From positions 750,001-782,000 of the forward strand of contig OZ252279.1 in assembly GCA_965250005.1 (NCBI GenBank): a DNA stretch of 32,000 bases, given 5' to 3'. Origin of the DNA: Demequinaceae bacterium. GTDB lineage: Bacteria; Actinomycetota; Actinomycetes; Actinomycetales; Demequinaceae. Position 1 is the stretch's first letter. Every line of letters starts with the position of its first letter. Below are positions 1-10,486 of the stretch, in pieces. The position numbers were made by a program, and so were the translations under genes. The notes below the pieces were generated by a model, which had not been told where the DNA came from, ran no database searches, and was given only the letters and a program-made list of their open reading frames with translations.

Positions 1-825
1 GCCGGCCCCTTAACGTTCGGTGCGCTCACCATCGCGGCGATCGCGTTGTTCACTCTCCCAGCCCTCGCTAGGACAGCTAATGTTCCCTCAGCTGCAGGCA
101 CAGTGCTCGATCTCTCGCACAATGCGTTTGTAGTCGAGTGCATCTTGGTTGCAGGCGGAGCTGCCGTACTGCTGCGCAGAAACCGCGCAGCCTCGCTGGG
201 ACTGATCTCAATCGTGGCTTCGCTCGCGGCGGTTCTTCCGATTCTCATACTCGCCAGCGGCTCCACGTGGTCGACGTTTTCGTATTATCCCGCGAAGCTC
301 CTGTTGTTTGCGGCAGTCGTTATCGGCCTGCTCGGCATAGGGCTTGCGGGCTTTGCGGTTGGGCTGCTGCCTTGGCGGGTTCTGTCTCGCCGTGCGCGCA
401 CGGCCACGCTCGCGGCAGCGATGCTCGCGGCGATTGCTGGAGTCGTCCTCACGCCAGTTGGGCACGCATTCGCGACTGGCCCGGTCTTTCGGATGCTGAA
501 CTCAGAGTTCTACGGCTCCGAGGAATTCATCGAGAGGACTTTCGAGTACACCGACGACGACGTGCTCCGGCTTGCTTGGCGCATCGACGGCGACCACGAG
601 TACTACTCCAACTTCATCCTGATCAACCTCAGCCCAGGCGCGAGCGTCGGGGCTGGCGGATTGCGCTGGATTGCTGTTGCTCAGAAACCGGGGACCGTCG
701 CGAGCCTGTGCGACATCGCCCGAGAATCAACGCTGCCCGTCATCGCCATGACAGACGACCCGGCACTGGCCAGCGAGGTCGCTGCCGAGTGCCCTGAGTT
801 CGGCATCACTGTCGAACGGCGCTAA
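1..825 (+). CDS. polytopic membrane protein of unknown function (5' end probably off window)
   Basis: Frame 1 has no stop from nt 1 to the listed TTG at 46, so the 259-aa ORF is probably a C-terminal fragment. It has several hydrophobic helices (LISIVASLAAVLPILILA, LLLFAAVVIGLLGIGLAGFAVGLL, LAAAMLAAIAGVVL) followed by a ~120-aa acidic soluble domain. Third-position GC is high. I recognise no family motif. Confidence 0.55.
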   Translation, partial: AGPLTFGALTIAAIALFTLPALARTANVPSAAGTVLDLSHNAFVVECILVAGGAAVLLRRNRAASLGLISIVASLAAVLPILILASGSTWSTFSYYPAKLLLFAAVVIGLLGIGLAGFAVGLLPWRVLSRRARTATLAAAMLAAIAGVVLTPVGHAFATGPVFRMLNSEFYGSEEFIERTFEYTDDDVLRLAWRIDGDHEYYSNFILINLSPGASVGAGGLRWIAVAQKPGTVASLCDIARESTLPVIAMTDDPALASEVAAECPEFGITVERR

Positions 826-829
826 CTCC

Positions 830-1273
830 CTACTCGTCCGCGCGCACGAACGCGTCGGGGGGCGGCTCCTGGATCAGCGCGAGGTGCATGGCGACGTCGC
901 CCTCGACCGCGTAGACCACGTAAGTCGCGAACCACCCCAGGTAGCCGTCGACGGAGAAGTAGAGGTAGCAAACCGGCACAGCAACCTGATCGAGGTCGGC
1001 ATCGCAGTACGTGCCGAGACCCTCGACGCCGTCGATTGCGAAGTAGTCAGCAACCGCAACAGCCAAGCCGGGCACCCCCTGCGCGTCGCCGTCGTCGTAG
1101 CACGCGAGGAAGTTGAACGGGACGGCGTCTTCGCCTACAGCCGCGCTCTGCGCGCAGTCGATGTCCTCGACGTCGAGCGAGCCTGTTCCCGGGTTCACCA
1201 GGAGTTCGGTCGCCGCAAAATAGAGGTCCGACGGCGGCACTACCTGATCGAGCGCGGGATTGGACGAGGACAA
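830..1273 (-). CDS. acidic Cys-containing hypothetical protein; probably the mature part of a frameshift-split secreted protein
   Basis: 147-aa ORF with a TTG start, high GC3, very acidic, 4 Cys. A signal-peptide-like ORF (ATG at 1344, MFAGVARGAGLLIAGALAARAASSC) lies immediately upstream in another frame and stops at 1240. See the finding at 830-1344. Confidence 0.5.
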   Translation of the reverse strand: MSSSNPALDQVVPPSDLYFAATELLVNPGTGSLDVEDIDCAQSAAVGEDAVPFNFLACYDDGDAQGVPGLAVAVADYFAIDGVEGLGTYCDADLDQVAVPVCYLYFSVDGYLGWFATYVVYAVEGDVAMHLALIQEPPPDAFVRADE

Positions 1274-1349
1274 CTGCTGGCAGCCCGCGCCGCGAGCGCG
1301 CCCGCGATCAACAAGCCCGCGCCGCGGGCAACTCCAGCAAACATGTTCC

Positions 1350-3239
<1,890 letters not shown>

Positions 3240-3311
3240 GCCGATACGCGCAGATGTGGGAGGCATCGGGAGCGGTTTTCTCGGCCCACGCTCGCCAAGC
3301 GCGACCGGAGG

Positions 3312-4259
3312 CTAGAAACCCATCCGTCCCAGCTGCTTGGGGTTGCGCTGCCAGTCTTTGGCGATCTTCACCCGCAGGTCCAGGTACACGCGCGTTCCGA
3401 GCAACGCTTCGATCCCAGCGCGCGCCTCGGTGCCGACCTCTTTGAGCCGCGAACCCTTGTGCCCGATAATGATGCCCTTTTGGCTATCGCGCTCGACGTA
3501 GATATTGACGCGGACGTCGGCCATGGGCTCGCGCGGATCGTCCGCAGCCTGCGGGTGCGGCGTGACCTCCTCCACGAGCACCGCGAGCGAGTGAGGCAGC
3601 TCGTCGTGGACGCCTTCGAGCGCCGCCTCGCGCACCAGCTCGGCGATCATGATGTGCTCGGGCTCATCCGTCATCTCACCGTCCGGGTACAGCCGGGGCC
3701 CCTCCGGCAGGCGCGCGATCAGCAGATCCCCAAGCAACTGGACCTGCTGGTCCTTGACCGCGGACGTCGGGATGATCTCCGCCCAGTCCGCCATCGCGCT
3801 CACCGCCATCAAATGTTCCGCCATGCGGTCCGGCCCCACCTTGTCCGCTTTGGTCACGATCGCGATCACCGGCGCCTTCAGATCCGCGAGCTCGCGCGCG
3901 ATGAACTTGTCGCCTGGCCCAACCTTCTCGTCCGCCGGGAGGCAGAACCCGATGACGTCCATCTCGGCCAGCGTCTCTCGCACCAGCGCGTTGAGTCGCT
4001 GACCCAAGAGCGTGCGCGGCTTGTGGAGCCCCGGGGTGTCTACCACCACTAGCTGCGCGTCCGGCCGGTTGACGATGCCCCGGATGACACGCCGCGTGGT
4101 CTGCGGACGGTCGGACATGATCGCAACCTTGGTTCCCACGAGCGTGTTCATGAGCGTGGACTTGCCTGCGTTCGGGCGGCCGACAAAGCAAGCGAAGCCA
4201 CTTCTATGGCCGGGAGGCGTGTCTTGTCCGCGCATCGCTGGTGCTTCACTCATGTGCAT
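3312..4259 (-). CDS. era: GTPase Era
   Basis: G1 motif GRPNAGKSTLMN, DTPG, TKAD, and a C-terminal KH domain (VERDSQKGIIIGHKGSRLKEVG). The start is ATG 4259 or ATG 4253. It overlaps the stop of the upstream CBS gene (4246-4248). Confidence 0.95.
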   Translation of the reverse strand: MHMSEAPAMRGQDTPPGHRSGFACFVGRPNAGKSTLMNTLVGTKVAIMSDRPQTTRRVIRGIVNRPDAQLVVVDTPGLHKPRTLLGQRLNALVRETLAEMDVIGFCLPADEKVGPGDKFIARELADLKAPVIAIVTKADKVGPDRMAEHLMAVSAMADWAEIIPTSAVKDQQVQLLGDLLIARLPEGPRLYPDGEMTDEPEHIMIAELVREAALEGVHDELPHSLAVLVEEVTPHPQAADDPREPMADVRVNIYVERDSQKGIIIGHKGSRLKEVGTEARAGIEALLGTRVYLDLRVKIAKDWQRNPKQLGRMGF

Positions 4260-5499
4260 CCTCCGGGTCGCGCGCGGCCACGATCCACGCGAGTGCGCGT
4301 CGTCGGCCGGCCGTGCGGTCGGCAGTCAGGATAAGCCCGTGCGAGGCTGCGCGCGCGCCCTCGATCGGTACGGTGCCCAGCGCCTTGGTGAGTAGGCCGG
4401 CGGCCGTCTCCACATCGTCATCGTCAATTTCCATGCCAAAGAGCTCGCCCAACTCGTCCAGCGGCAGTCGCGCAGGAACCAGGAATGCGCCCCCTTCGAG
4501 AGGTTTGACCACGGGCTCGGCGGCATCGTGCTCGTCCACCAGCTCGCCCACGATTTCCTCGAGCGCGTCCTCGATGGTCACGAGCCCGGCCACTCCCCCA
4601 AACTCGTCCACGACGATCGCCAAGTGGGATACCTCCCGCTGCATGGTGCGAAGCAGATCGTCCACCGGCACGGACTCGGGGATGAATAGCGGCTCGCGCA
4701 TGTACCCGTCTACGGCGTGGGTCAGGTGGTCGTCCTTCTGCCACGTCCGGCTCAACACATCCTTGAGGTACAGCACGCCGAGGATGTCGTCGCCCGTGTC
4801 TCCTACCACTGGGATTCGCGAGAATCCCGACCGCAGGAATAGTTTGATGGCGCGCGCCACCTCGGTGCTGCCCGCCACCGTCACCATGTCGGTGCGCGGC
4901 ACCATGACCTCGCGCGTGAGCGTGTCACCCAGGTGCACAACCGACCTCAGCAGTTCCGCGTCCTCATCCTCGAGCGTGTCGCGGGCCTGCGCCACGAGGT
5001 CGCTGGCCTCCGCGAGCGGCGGCAGCCGTAGGGACGGCACGAAAGCGCGCACGGGCGCCGATGCAATAATGAGCAGCGCCGCGCCCGGCCCAGCGAGGCG
5101 CACCGTTCCAAGCGGGTAGCGGCGGCCCAACTGGCGCGGGATCGCCCGCACCACCATGAGCGAGAAGAACGCCGCGACCACGACCGCTCCCGCGACCGTC
5201 CATGGCGATTCCAAACCAAGCGCGGCCCCCGTTTCGATTGCGAGGAACGCCCACGTCACTAGCGCCACCGCTTCGGCAATCGCGTACGCGACCGCGGCGG
5301 AGTTGAGAGTACGCCCCGTATCGCGCGCGAGCCACGCTGTGATGGTCCTGCGACCGTCAGGCCTGCGCGCCTTGGCAAGTTCCTCCTCGATCTGTGATGG
5401 CAGCTGCTCGAACGCGGCAATCAGGGCGTGCAACGTTGACGACGCGAGTAGGCCCAGGGCGCACGCGCCAATCAGCCAGCCGATCGCAGCGGCGGTCAT
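4246..5499 (-). CDS. hemolysin-family DUF21/CNNM - CBS pair - CorC_HlyC transporter-associated protein
   Basis: 417 aa. An N-terminal 4-helix DUF21-like membrane region, a CBS pair (MVPRTDMVTV...IPVVGDTGDDILGVLYLKD; EPLFIPESVPVDDLLRTMQREVSHLAIVVDEFGGVAGLVTIEDALEEIVGEL) and a CorC C-terminal domain. It sits in the conserved phoH-ybeY-corC-era context. Confidence 0.9.
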   Translation of the reverse strand: MTAAAIGWLIGACALGLLASSTLHALIAAFEQLPSQIEEELAKARRPDGRRTITAWLARDTGRTLNSAAVAYAIAEAVALVTWAFLAIETGAALGLESPWTVAGAVVVAAFFSLMVVRAIPRQLGRRYPLGTVRLAGPGAALLIIASAPVRAFVPSLRLPPLAEASDLVAQARDTLEDEDAELLRSVVHLGDTLTREVMVPRTDMVTVAGSTEVARAIKLFLRSGFSRIPVVGDTGDDILGVLYLKDVLSRTWQKDDHLTHAVDGYMREPLFIPESVPVDDLLRTMQREVSHLAIVVDEFGGVAGLVTIEDALEEIVGELVDEHDAAEPVVKPLEGGAFLVPARLPLDELGELFGMEIDDDDVETAAGLLTKALGTVPIEGARAASHGLILTADRTAGRRRALAWIVAARDPEDAHE

Positions 5500-5531
5500 G
5501 ACTTCCCGTTGGTCATACGGTGGGATCCGCG

Positions 5532-5984
5532 CTACGCGCGGTCCGAGAGGAACGTCAGCAGCAGCTTGCGCTGAAGCGCGAACATCTCGGCCTCTTCGTC
5601 TCTCTCCGCATGGTCGTAGCCGAGTAGATGCAGCATGCCGTGCACCGTCAGCAACAACATCTCCTCTTCTCCGGTATGCCCGGCGGCCGTGGCCTGGCGC
5701 TCAGCAACCGCGGGGCACAGCACCACGTCGCCCAGTAACCCCGCCGGGGTGGGCTTGCCCTCAGTTCCCGGGCGCAGCTCGTCCATAGGGAAGGAGAGCA
5801 CGTCCGTAGGCCCCGGCTCGTCCATCCAGCGGACGTGGAGCTCCTCCATGGCAGGTTCGTCCACGAACATGATCGCGAGATCCGCGCCCTCCGCGACGTG
5901 CATCTCCTTCAGCACGAACGCCCCAAGCGCCGCGAACTCCGCCTCGACGAGGCTCGCGTCAGTCTCGTTGTTGACGTCGATCAC
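5532..5984 (-). CDS. ybeY: rRNA maturation endoribonuclease YbeY
   Basis: 150 aa with the zinc motif HGMLHLLGYDH. Its GTG start overlaps the phoH stop (GTGA at 5981-5984). Confidence 0.93.
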   Translation of the reverse strand: MIDVNNETDASLVEAEFAALGAFVLKEMHVAEGADLAIMFVDEPAMEELHVRWMDEPGPTDVLSFPMDELRPGTEGKPTPAGLLGDVVLCPAVAERQATAAGHTGEEEMLLLTVHGMLHLLGYDHAERDEEAEMFALQRKLLLTFLSDRA

Positions 5985-7060
5985 GCGTCTGCGTCCGTTG
6001 CCTCGGCACTGCGGGCCGGTCCTTTGACCTTGGCCTTTGGTACCCGTGGGTTGCGCTGCTGACCGCTTCCATAGCTCACACCGCGCGACGCATCGTCCTT
6101 GGCATAGGCCGTGATGATGTCCCCCACGAGGCGGTGCCGTACCACGTCCTCAGCGCCCAGCTCGATCACAGCGATGTCGTCAACCATGCCAAGGATGTCC
6201 CTGGCGACGTTGAGGCCCGAGTCAGTGCCGCCGGGAAGGTCCACTTGTGTCACATCTCCGGTGACCACCATCGTCGTGCCAAATCCCAGTCGTGTCAGGA
6301 ACATCTTCATCTGCTCGCGCGTGGTGTTCTGCGCCTCGTCCAGGATGACGAACGCATCGTTGAGTGTGCGCCCGCGCATGTACGCGAGCGGCGCCACCTC
6401 GATGGTGCCGGACTCAATGAGCTTGGGGATCGACTCCGGGTCGATCATGTCGTGTAGTGCGTCGTAGAGCGGCCGCAGGTACGGGTCGATCTTCTCGCTG
6501 AGCGTTCCCGGCAGAAAGCCGAGCCGCTCCCCCGCCTCGACCGCGGGCCGCGTCAGAACGATGCGATTGACCTGCTTGGCCTGGAGCGCGGCGACGGCCT
6601 TGGCCATAGCTAGGTAGGTCTTTCCCGTTCCCGCCGGGCCTACCCCCAGCGTCACGGTGTGTGACTCGATGGCCTCGACATATGCGGCTTGCCCGCGTGT
6701 CTTGGGCCGGATGGTGCGACCGCGAGTCGCGAGGATCGACCGGCTCAGCACCGCGACCGGCCGCTCCTGATCCGCGGGCGCGACGCCACCTGACGCTGCG
6801 CCGAGCATACGGACGGTTTCCGCCGCAACGGCAGGCGTGAGGTCCACTCCCGCGTCTAACACGGCACGCAGCTCTTCGATCGCGAGCGCGACGTCCGCCA
6901 CGCGCTCAGCATCGCCGGTGAGCGCAATATGATTTCCCCGCACGTGAATGTCTACATCGGGGAACTGCTTCTCGAGCTCGCGCATCACCGCGTCGCCCGT
7001 GCCCATGAGCTCTGGCATCGTTGCGGCGTCCTCGATCACCACGACGCGGGATTCGTTCAC
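5981..7060 (-). CDS. phoH: PhoH-family ATPase
   Basis: Walker [14 protein letters not shown] and ILDEAQN. The ORF-track start at 7171 would overlap the HIT gene by more than 100 nt with an Arg-rich extension. GTG at 7060 overlaps the HIT stop (GTGA, 7057-7060) and is the likely start. Confidence 0.9.
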   Translation of the reverse strand: MNESRVVVIEDAATMPELMGTGDAVMRELEKQFPDVDIHVRGNHIALTGDAERVADVALAIEELRAVLDAGVDLTPAVAAETVRMLGAASGGVAPADQERPVAVLSRSILATRGRTIRPKTRGQAAYVEAIESHTVTLGVGPAGTGKTYLAMAKAVAALQAKQVNRIVLTRPAVEAGERLGFLPGTLSEKIDPYLRPLYDALHDMIDPESIPKLIESGTIEVAPLAYMRGRTLNDAFVILDEAQNTTREQMKMFLTRLGFGTTMVVTGDVTQVDLPGGTDSGLNVARDILGMVDDIAVIELGAEDVVRHRLVGDIITAYAKDDASRGVSYGSGQQRNPRVPKAKVKGPARSAEATDADA

Positions 7061-7401
7061 GCGCTGTCCCACTTGATCTCGCGACCGCCAAGCACGTGGG
7101 CGTGAACGTGGAACACGGTTTGCCCGGCGTCGGCGCCGGTGTTGAACGCGAGCTGGAACTGGCCGCCGCACTCGGCATCGGCTACCTGTTTGGCGACGGC
7201 GACCACCTCAGCCAATAACTCGGCATCCTCTGCCGCCAGCGTGGGAACGTCGGGAATGTGCGCCTTGGGTATCACGAGAACGTGCGTAGGCGCCTTGGGC
7301 ACAAGGTCGCGGAATGCAAGCACCGTGTCCGTCTCCGCGACTTTGTCGGACGGGACCTCTCCGGTGATGATGCGGCAGAACAGGCAGTCGGGATCGATCA
7401 T
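7057..7401 (-). CDS. HIT (histidine triad) family nucleotide hydrolase
   Basis: 114 aa with the C-terminal histidine triad HVHAHVLGG and an N-terminus (CLFCRII.GE) typical of HINT proteins. Confidence 0.9.
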   Translation of the reverse strand: MIDPDCLFCRIITGEVPSDKVAETDTVLAFRDLVPKAPTHVLVIPKAHIPDVPTLAAEDAELLAEVVAVAKQVADAECGGQFQLAFNTGADAGQTVFHVHAHVLGGREIKWDSA

Positions 7402-7407
7402 GGCTCT

Positions 7408-7413
7408 AGCGTA
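7408..7413 (-). promoter_or_regulatory. -10 hexamer TACGCT, 6 nt upstream of the HIT ATG (leaderless candidate)
   Basis: Minus strand reads TACGCT AGAGCC ATG inside the 25-nt dnaJ-HIT gap. Confidence 0.45.
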
Positions 7414-7426
7414 TTGCGCTCACGCG

Positions 7427-8548
7427 CTAACGACCAGAAAAGGCGCCGCGCAGCCGACCAAGCAGGCCCGCATTCGCTGGCGCGAGCCGCGTCTGCGGCA
7501 TGTCCTCGCCACGCAGGGTGGAGAACTGGCGGACCAGTTCTTTCTGCTCGGCGGTCATGCCAGTGGGGGTTTGCACATCCAGGTGCACAAAGAGGTTGCC
7601 GCGTCCCGTGCGCTGCAGGCGGTTGACTCCCAGCGACTTGATCTTGACGGTCTCTCCTGATTGCGTTCCCGGCCGCACATCAACCTCGCGCTCACCGTCA
7701 AAAGTCTCCACCTTGAGGACCGTTCCGAGCGCGGCTGCCGTCATGGGCATCTCGAGCGTGCAGTGGATGTCGTCCCCACGCCGCTCAAAGAACTCGTGCG
7801 GCTTCTCGCGAATCTCAACGTAGAGGTCGCCCTTGGGTCCGCCCGCCACGCCAGCGTCGCCGTAGCCGGCGAGCCTGATCCGGGTGCCGGTCTCGACGCC
7901 GCCGGGAATGTCTACCGTCACGGTGTGCCGGGCGCGCGTGCGGCCCTGCCCCGAGCACTCAGGGCACGGCGAGGAGATGGTGGTGCCGAATCCCCCGCAC
8001 GCGGGGCACGGCGCCGTGGTCATGACCTGCCCAAGGAGGGATCGCGCGACGCGCTGCACGGATCCCGCACCATTGCACTGCTTGCACGCATCGGGTTCCG
8101 TCCCTGGAGCGCAGCACGAGCCGGAGCACGTCGCGCACTCGTCGGCGACGTCTACTTTCACGTCACGCGCCACGCCAAAAACCGCCTCTTCAAGCGTCAC
8201 GGTGGTGTGGATCAGCGTGTCGCCGCCGCGCTGTGTGCGCGAGGCCGGGCCGCGCCTGCCGCCGCCCGGCCCGCCGAAAAACGTCTCAAAGATATCCTCG
8301 AACCCGAAGCCTGCGGGCCCCGCGCCGCCGCCGCGTTGGGTCGGGTCCATGCCGCGGTCGTACATCGCGCGCTTGTCGGGGCTAGTGAGGATCTCGTACG
8401 CCTGGGAGACGTCCTTGAACGCCTCCTCCTCGCCATGCGTTCCGCCAGCGTCGGGGTGGTGCTCACGCGCCGCCTTGCGATAGGCCTTCTTGATGTCCGC
8501 ATCGCTGGCGCCACGCTCGACGCCAAGAATCTTGTAATAGTCCTTCAC
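7427..8548 (-). CDS. dnaJ: molecular chaperone DnaJ (hrcA-linked dnaJ2 type)
   Basis: J domain with HPD (REHHPDAGG), a G/F-rich linker, and four CxxCxGxG zinc-finger repeats (CATCSGSC, CKQCNGAG, CPACGGFG, CPECSGQG). Its GTG start overlaps the hrcA stop (GTGA). Confidence 0.95.
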   Translation of the reverse strand: MKDYYKILGVERGASDADIKKAYRKAAREHHPDAGGTHGEEEAFKDVSQAYEILTSPDKRAMYDRGMDPTQRGGGAGPAGFGFEDIFETFFGGPGGGRRGPASRTQRGGDTLIHTTVTLEEAVFGVARDVKVDVADECATCSGSCCAPGTEPDACKQCNGAGSVQRVARSLLGQVMTTAPCPACGGFGTTISSPCPECSGQGRTRARHTVTVDIPGGVETGTRIRLAGYGDAGVAGGPKGDLYVEIREKPHEFFERRGDDIHCTLEMPMTAAALGTVLKVETFDGEREVDVRPGTQSGETVKIKSLGVNRLQRTGRGNLFVHLDVQTPTGMTAEQKELVRQFSTLRGEDMPQTRLAPANAGLLGRLRGAFSGR

Positions 8549-9564
8549 TTCTCCACCACTCTTGAGAGATACCGCGCTACAGCACGCACTGCAGCCATTG
8601 TCCCTGGATAATCCATGCGCGTTGGACCGAGCGCACCCAGCAGCGCCGCATCCGGACCGGCGCCTCCGTAGCCAGCGGCCACGATCGACGTGCCCTTGAG
8701 GGCGTCACTGCGGGTCTCCTCTCCGATGCGCACGCTCACCTCCGCGGCGTCCTGCGCCATCTCGTGAAGCAACCTGAGTAGCACCACCTGCTCCTCGATC
8801 GCCTCAAGCACAGGCGCGATCGCATCCTGTTCGAAGTCATTGCCCGACCGCGCCAGGTTGGACGTGCCCGCGAACACGACCCGCTCGATGGTGCCGCCGC
8901 GCGCCGAGGCCACCACCGCGTCAGCGACCGCGGAAGCCCACGGGACCTGGCCTGAGCGCACGGCCCATGCTTCGAGCGCCCGCTGCGCTGTCGCCGGCCG
9001 CTGGCCCACAGCCGCCTCGTTCGCTTCACGCGCGACGCGGTCGAACTCTTCGTCTGAGACTTCGCCACCGAGTGCAACCGTGGCCTGCTCCACCCGGGCG
9101 TCGGCCGAGACGACAACCACGAGAGCACGGTCCAGGCCCATGCGGACCAGCTCTACGCGGCGCACCTCGGACTCGCGCAGCGACGGGTACTGAACAACGG
9201 CCACCTGGCGGGTGAGTTGGCTCAGGAGTTTGACAGAGCGCTCGACCACCTCACCCAGGTCAACGGCGTCGGAAAGGAACGTGTTGATGGCGCGGCGATC
9301 GCCCTCGCCGAGCGCGGATGACGCGAGGTGGTCGACGAAGTACCGGTAGCCCTTGTCGGTCGGGATGCGCCCGGCCGATGTGTGTGGCTGCGCGATCAGG
9401 CCCTCTTCTTCTAGCGCGGTCATGTCGTTGCGGATAGTCGCGGACGACACATCCAACTGGGACTGCGAGGCGAGCGCAGTTGACCCCACGGGCTCGCTGG
9501 TCGACACGTAACCCTCAACGATCGCGTGCAGCACGGCAAGCCGACGTTCCTCCGACACCTGCAC
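8545..9564 (-). CDS. hrcA: heat-inducible transcription repressor HrcA
   Basis: 339 aa with the N-terminal wHTH ERRLAVLHAIVEGYVSTSEPVGSTALA and the motifs SSATIRNDMTALEEEGLIAQPHTSAGRIPTDKGYRYFVD. A CIRCE element lies just upstream. GTG at 9558, preceded by GGAGG, is an alternative start. Confidence 0.93.
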   Translation of the reverse strand: MQVSEERRLAVLHAIVEGYVSTSEPVGSTALASQSQLDVSSATIRNDMTALEEEGLIAQPHTSAGRIPTDKGYRYFVDHLASSALGEGDRRAINTFLSDAVDLGEVVERSVKLLSQLTRQVAVVQYPSLRESEVRRVELVRMGLDRALVVVVSADARVEQATVALGGEVSDEEFDRVAREANEAAVGQRPATAQRALEAWAVRSGQVPWASAVADAVVASARGGTIERVVFAGTSNLARSGNDFEQDAIAPVLEAIEEQVVLLRLLHEMAQDAAEVSVRIGEETRSDALKGTSIVAAGYGGAGPDAALLGALGPTRMDYPGTMAAVRAVARYLSRVVEK

Positions 9565-9571
9565 CTCCGCG

Positions 9572-9598
9572 CTGGCACTCGTAACGATTGAGTGCAGA
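9572..9598. promoter_or_regulatory. CIRCE operator (HrcA binding site)
   Basis: CTGGCACTC-N9-GAGTGCAGA, against the consensus TTAGCACTC-N9-GAGTGCTAA (7/9 in each arm, exact 9-nt spacer). It lies 8-34 nt upstream of hrcA. A -10-like TAGAAT (minus strand, 9603-9598) abuts it. Confidence 0.8.
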
Positions 9599-9655
9599 TT
9601 CTATCGCGCCTGTCGGACGTCACGGGGTGAGCGGTACGTTTGTCCCGGAGGCAAC

Positions 9656-10006
9656 ATGAACTATGACAATCTGGGCGGCGCCGACACGATGGCCGCCGGA
9701 GTCGCGCAAGTAGGCGCCATCTTCGGCCCGTTCATCCCCTTTCTGATCTGGCTGAGCCGACGGCGTGAAGAACCCGTCTCCGCTCGCGAGGCGGCCACGG
9801 CCACCAACTTCGGAATGTTCGTCTTCGTCGTCTTCGTTGCCGCAACCACCGTGCGCCTATTTGTGCCATGGCTGGGTGTACTCGGTACAGTGGGACAGTT
9901 GGCCATTGTGGCGTCCGCCGCAGTGTTGTGCGTTCAGGCGTACAGCTCGGTGCACAAAGGAGTGCCAGCTACCTATCCCATCGACATCAAAGTGGTGAAA
10001 ATATGA
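9656..10006 (+). CDS. DUF4870-family small membrane protein (paralog 1, divergent)
   Basis: 116 aa with 3 predicted TM helices and the C-terminal signature YPIDIKVVKI, compared with YRYPFAVRLIK in paralog 2. The SD GGAGG lies 4 nt upstream. Confidence 0.7.
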   Translation: MNYDNLGGADTMAAGVAQVGAIFGPFIPFLIWLSRRREEPVSAREAATATNFGMFVFVVFVAATTVRLFVPWLGVLGTVGQLAIVASAAVLCVQAYSSVHKGVPATYPIDIKVVKI

Positions 10007-10335
10007 GTGCAGCAATATCGGCAGAAGACAAGAGCCAGGCGAAACTTGGTCACATCCTCAACGGGTTCTTCCCGTTGGTTGGAGGCCTCATTATTTGGCT
10101 GATGGGCAAAGACAAGAGCACGTTCATCGATGACCAAGGCAAGGAAATGGTCAACTGGGGAATCACGATCGCGTTCGGCTACGTCGCCGCCGGGATCCTG
10201 TCGTTCACCGGGATCGGTCTGCTCCTGTACCCCGTGCTGTGGATCGGAGCCATCATCTTTGGCTTCATCGCAGGTGGCAAGGCTGGCGAAGGTGAGAAGT
10301 ACCGTTACCCGTTCGCCGTTCGCCTGATCAAGTAG
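10003..10335 (+). CDS. DUF4870-family small membrane protein (paralog 2)
   Basis: Its ATG at 10003 overlaps the paralog-1 stop (ATGA). Motifs LGHILNGFFPLVGGLIIWLMGKDKSTFIDDQGKEMVNWGIT and the C-terminal GEKYRYPFAVRLIK. The ORF-track start at 9868 lies inside the upstream gene and is rejected. Confidence 0.8.
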   Translation: MSAAISAEDKSQAKLGHILNGFFPLVGGLIIWLMGKDKSTFIDDQGKEMVNWGITIAFGYVAAGILSFTGIGLLLYPVLWIGAIIFGFIAGGKAGEGEKYRYPFAVRLIK

Positions 10336-10346
10336 CTCCAACCGTG

Positions 10347-10420
10347 CCGCGCGCAAGCGCGGAACATCAATGATGGCCCGCACCTAGTTTCAGTTGGGTG
10401 CGGGCCATCATGCTTCTTGG
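10347..10420 (+). terminator. two stem-loops after DUF4870 paralog 2 (probable intrinsic terminator)
   Basis: CCGCGC-GCAA-GCGCGG at 10347-10362. Then a 15-bp perfect stem ATGATGGCCCGCACC / GGTGCGGGCCATCAT at 10370-10411 with a 12-nt loop, followed by GCTTCTT. Confidence 0.6.
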
Positions 10421-10486
10421 GGATGAGGGTCAATTTCGGGGAAACCCCTGATGGCGGGGGCGGTCGCGGCGTGCGACCATTGACAC

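Noticed and set aside
5981-7171. Longest-ORF N-terminal extensions for phoH (7171), hemW (12466), lepA (14406), holA (18136), comEA (21118), modB (25352), narK1-type (29629), the regulator (29437) and DUF4870-2 (9868)
   Set aside because: The extensions overlap the upstream gene or promoter DNA and have atypical, mostly Arg-rich composition. In each case a downstream start is better supported: it forms a 1-4 nt stop/start overlap, or has an SD or a TANNNT-N6 context.
10385-10450. A 17-codon ORF (GTG at 10398) preceded by TAGTTT within the terminator loop after DUF4870-2
   Set aside because: It lies inside a 15-bp stem-loop that is better explained as a terminator. The peptide has no features, and the spacing is 7 nt rather than the recurrent 6 nt.
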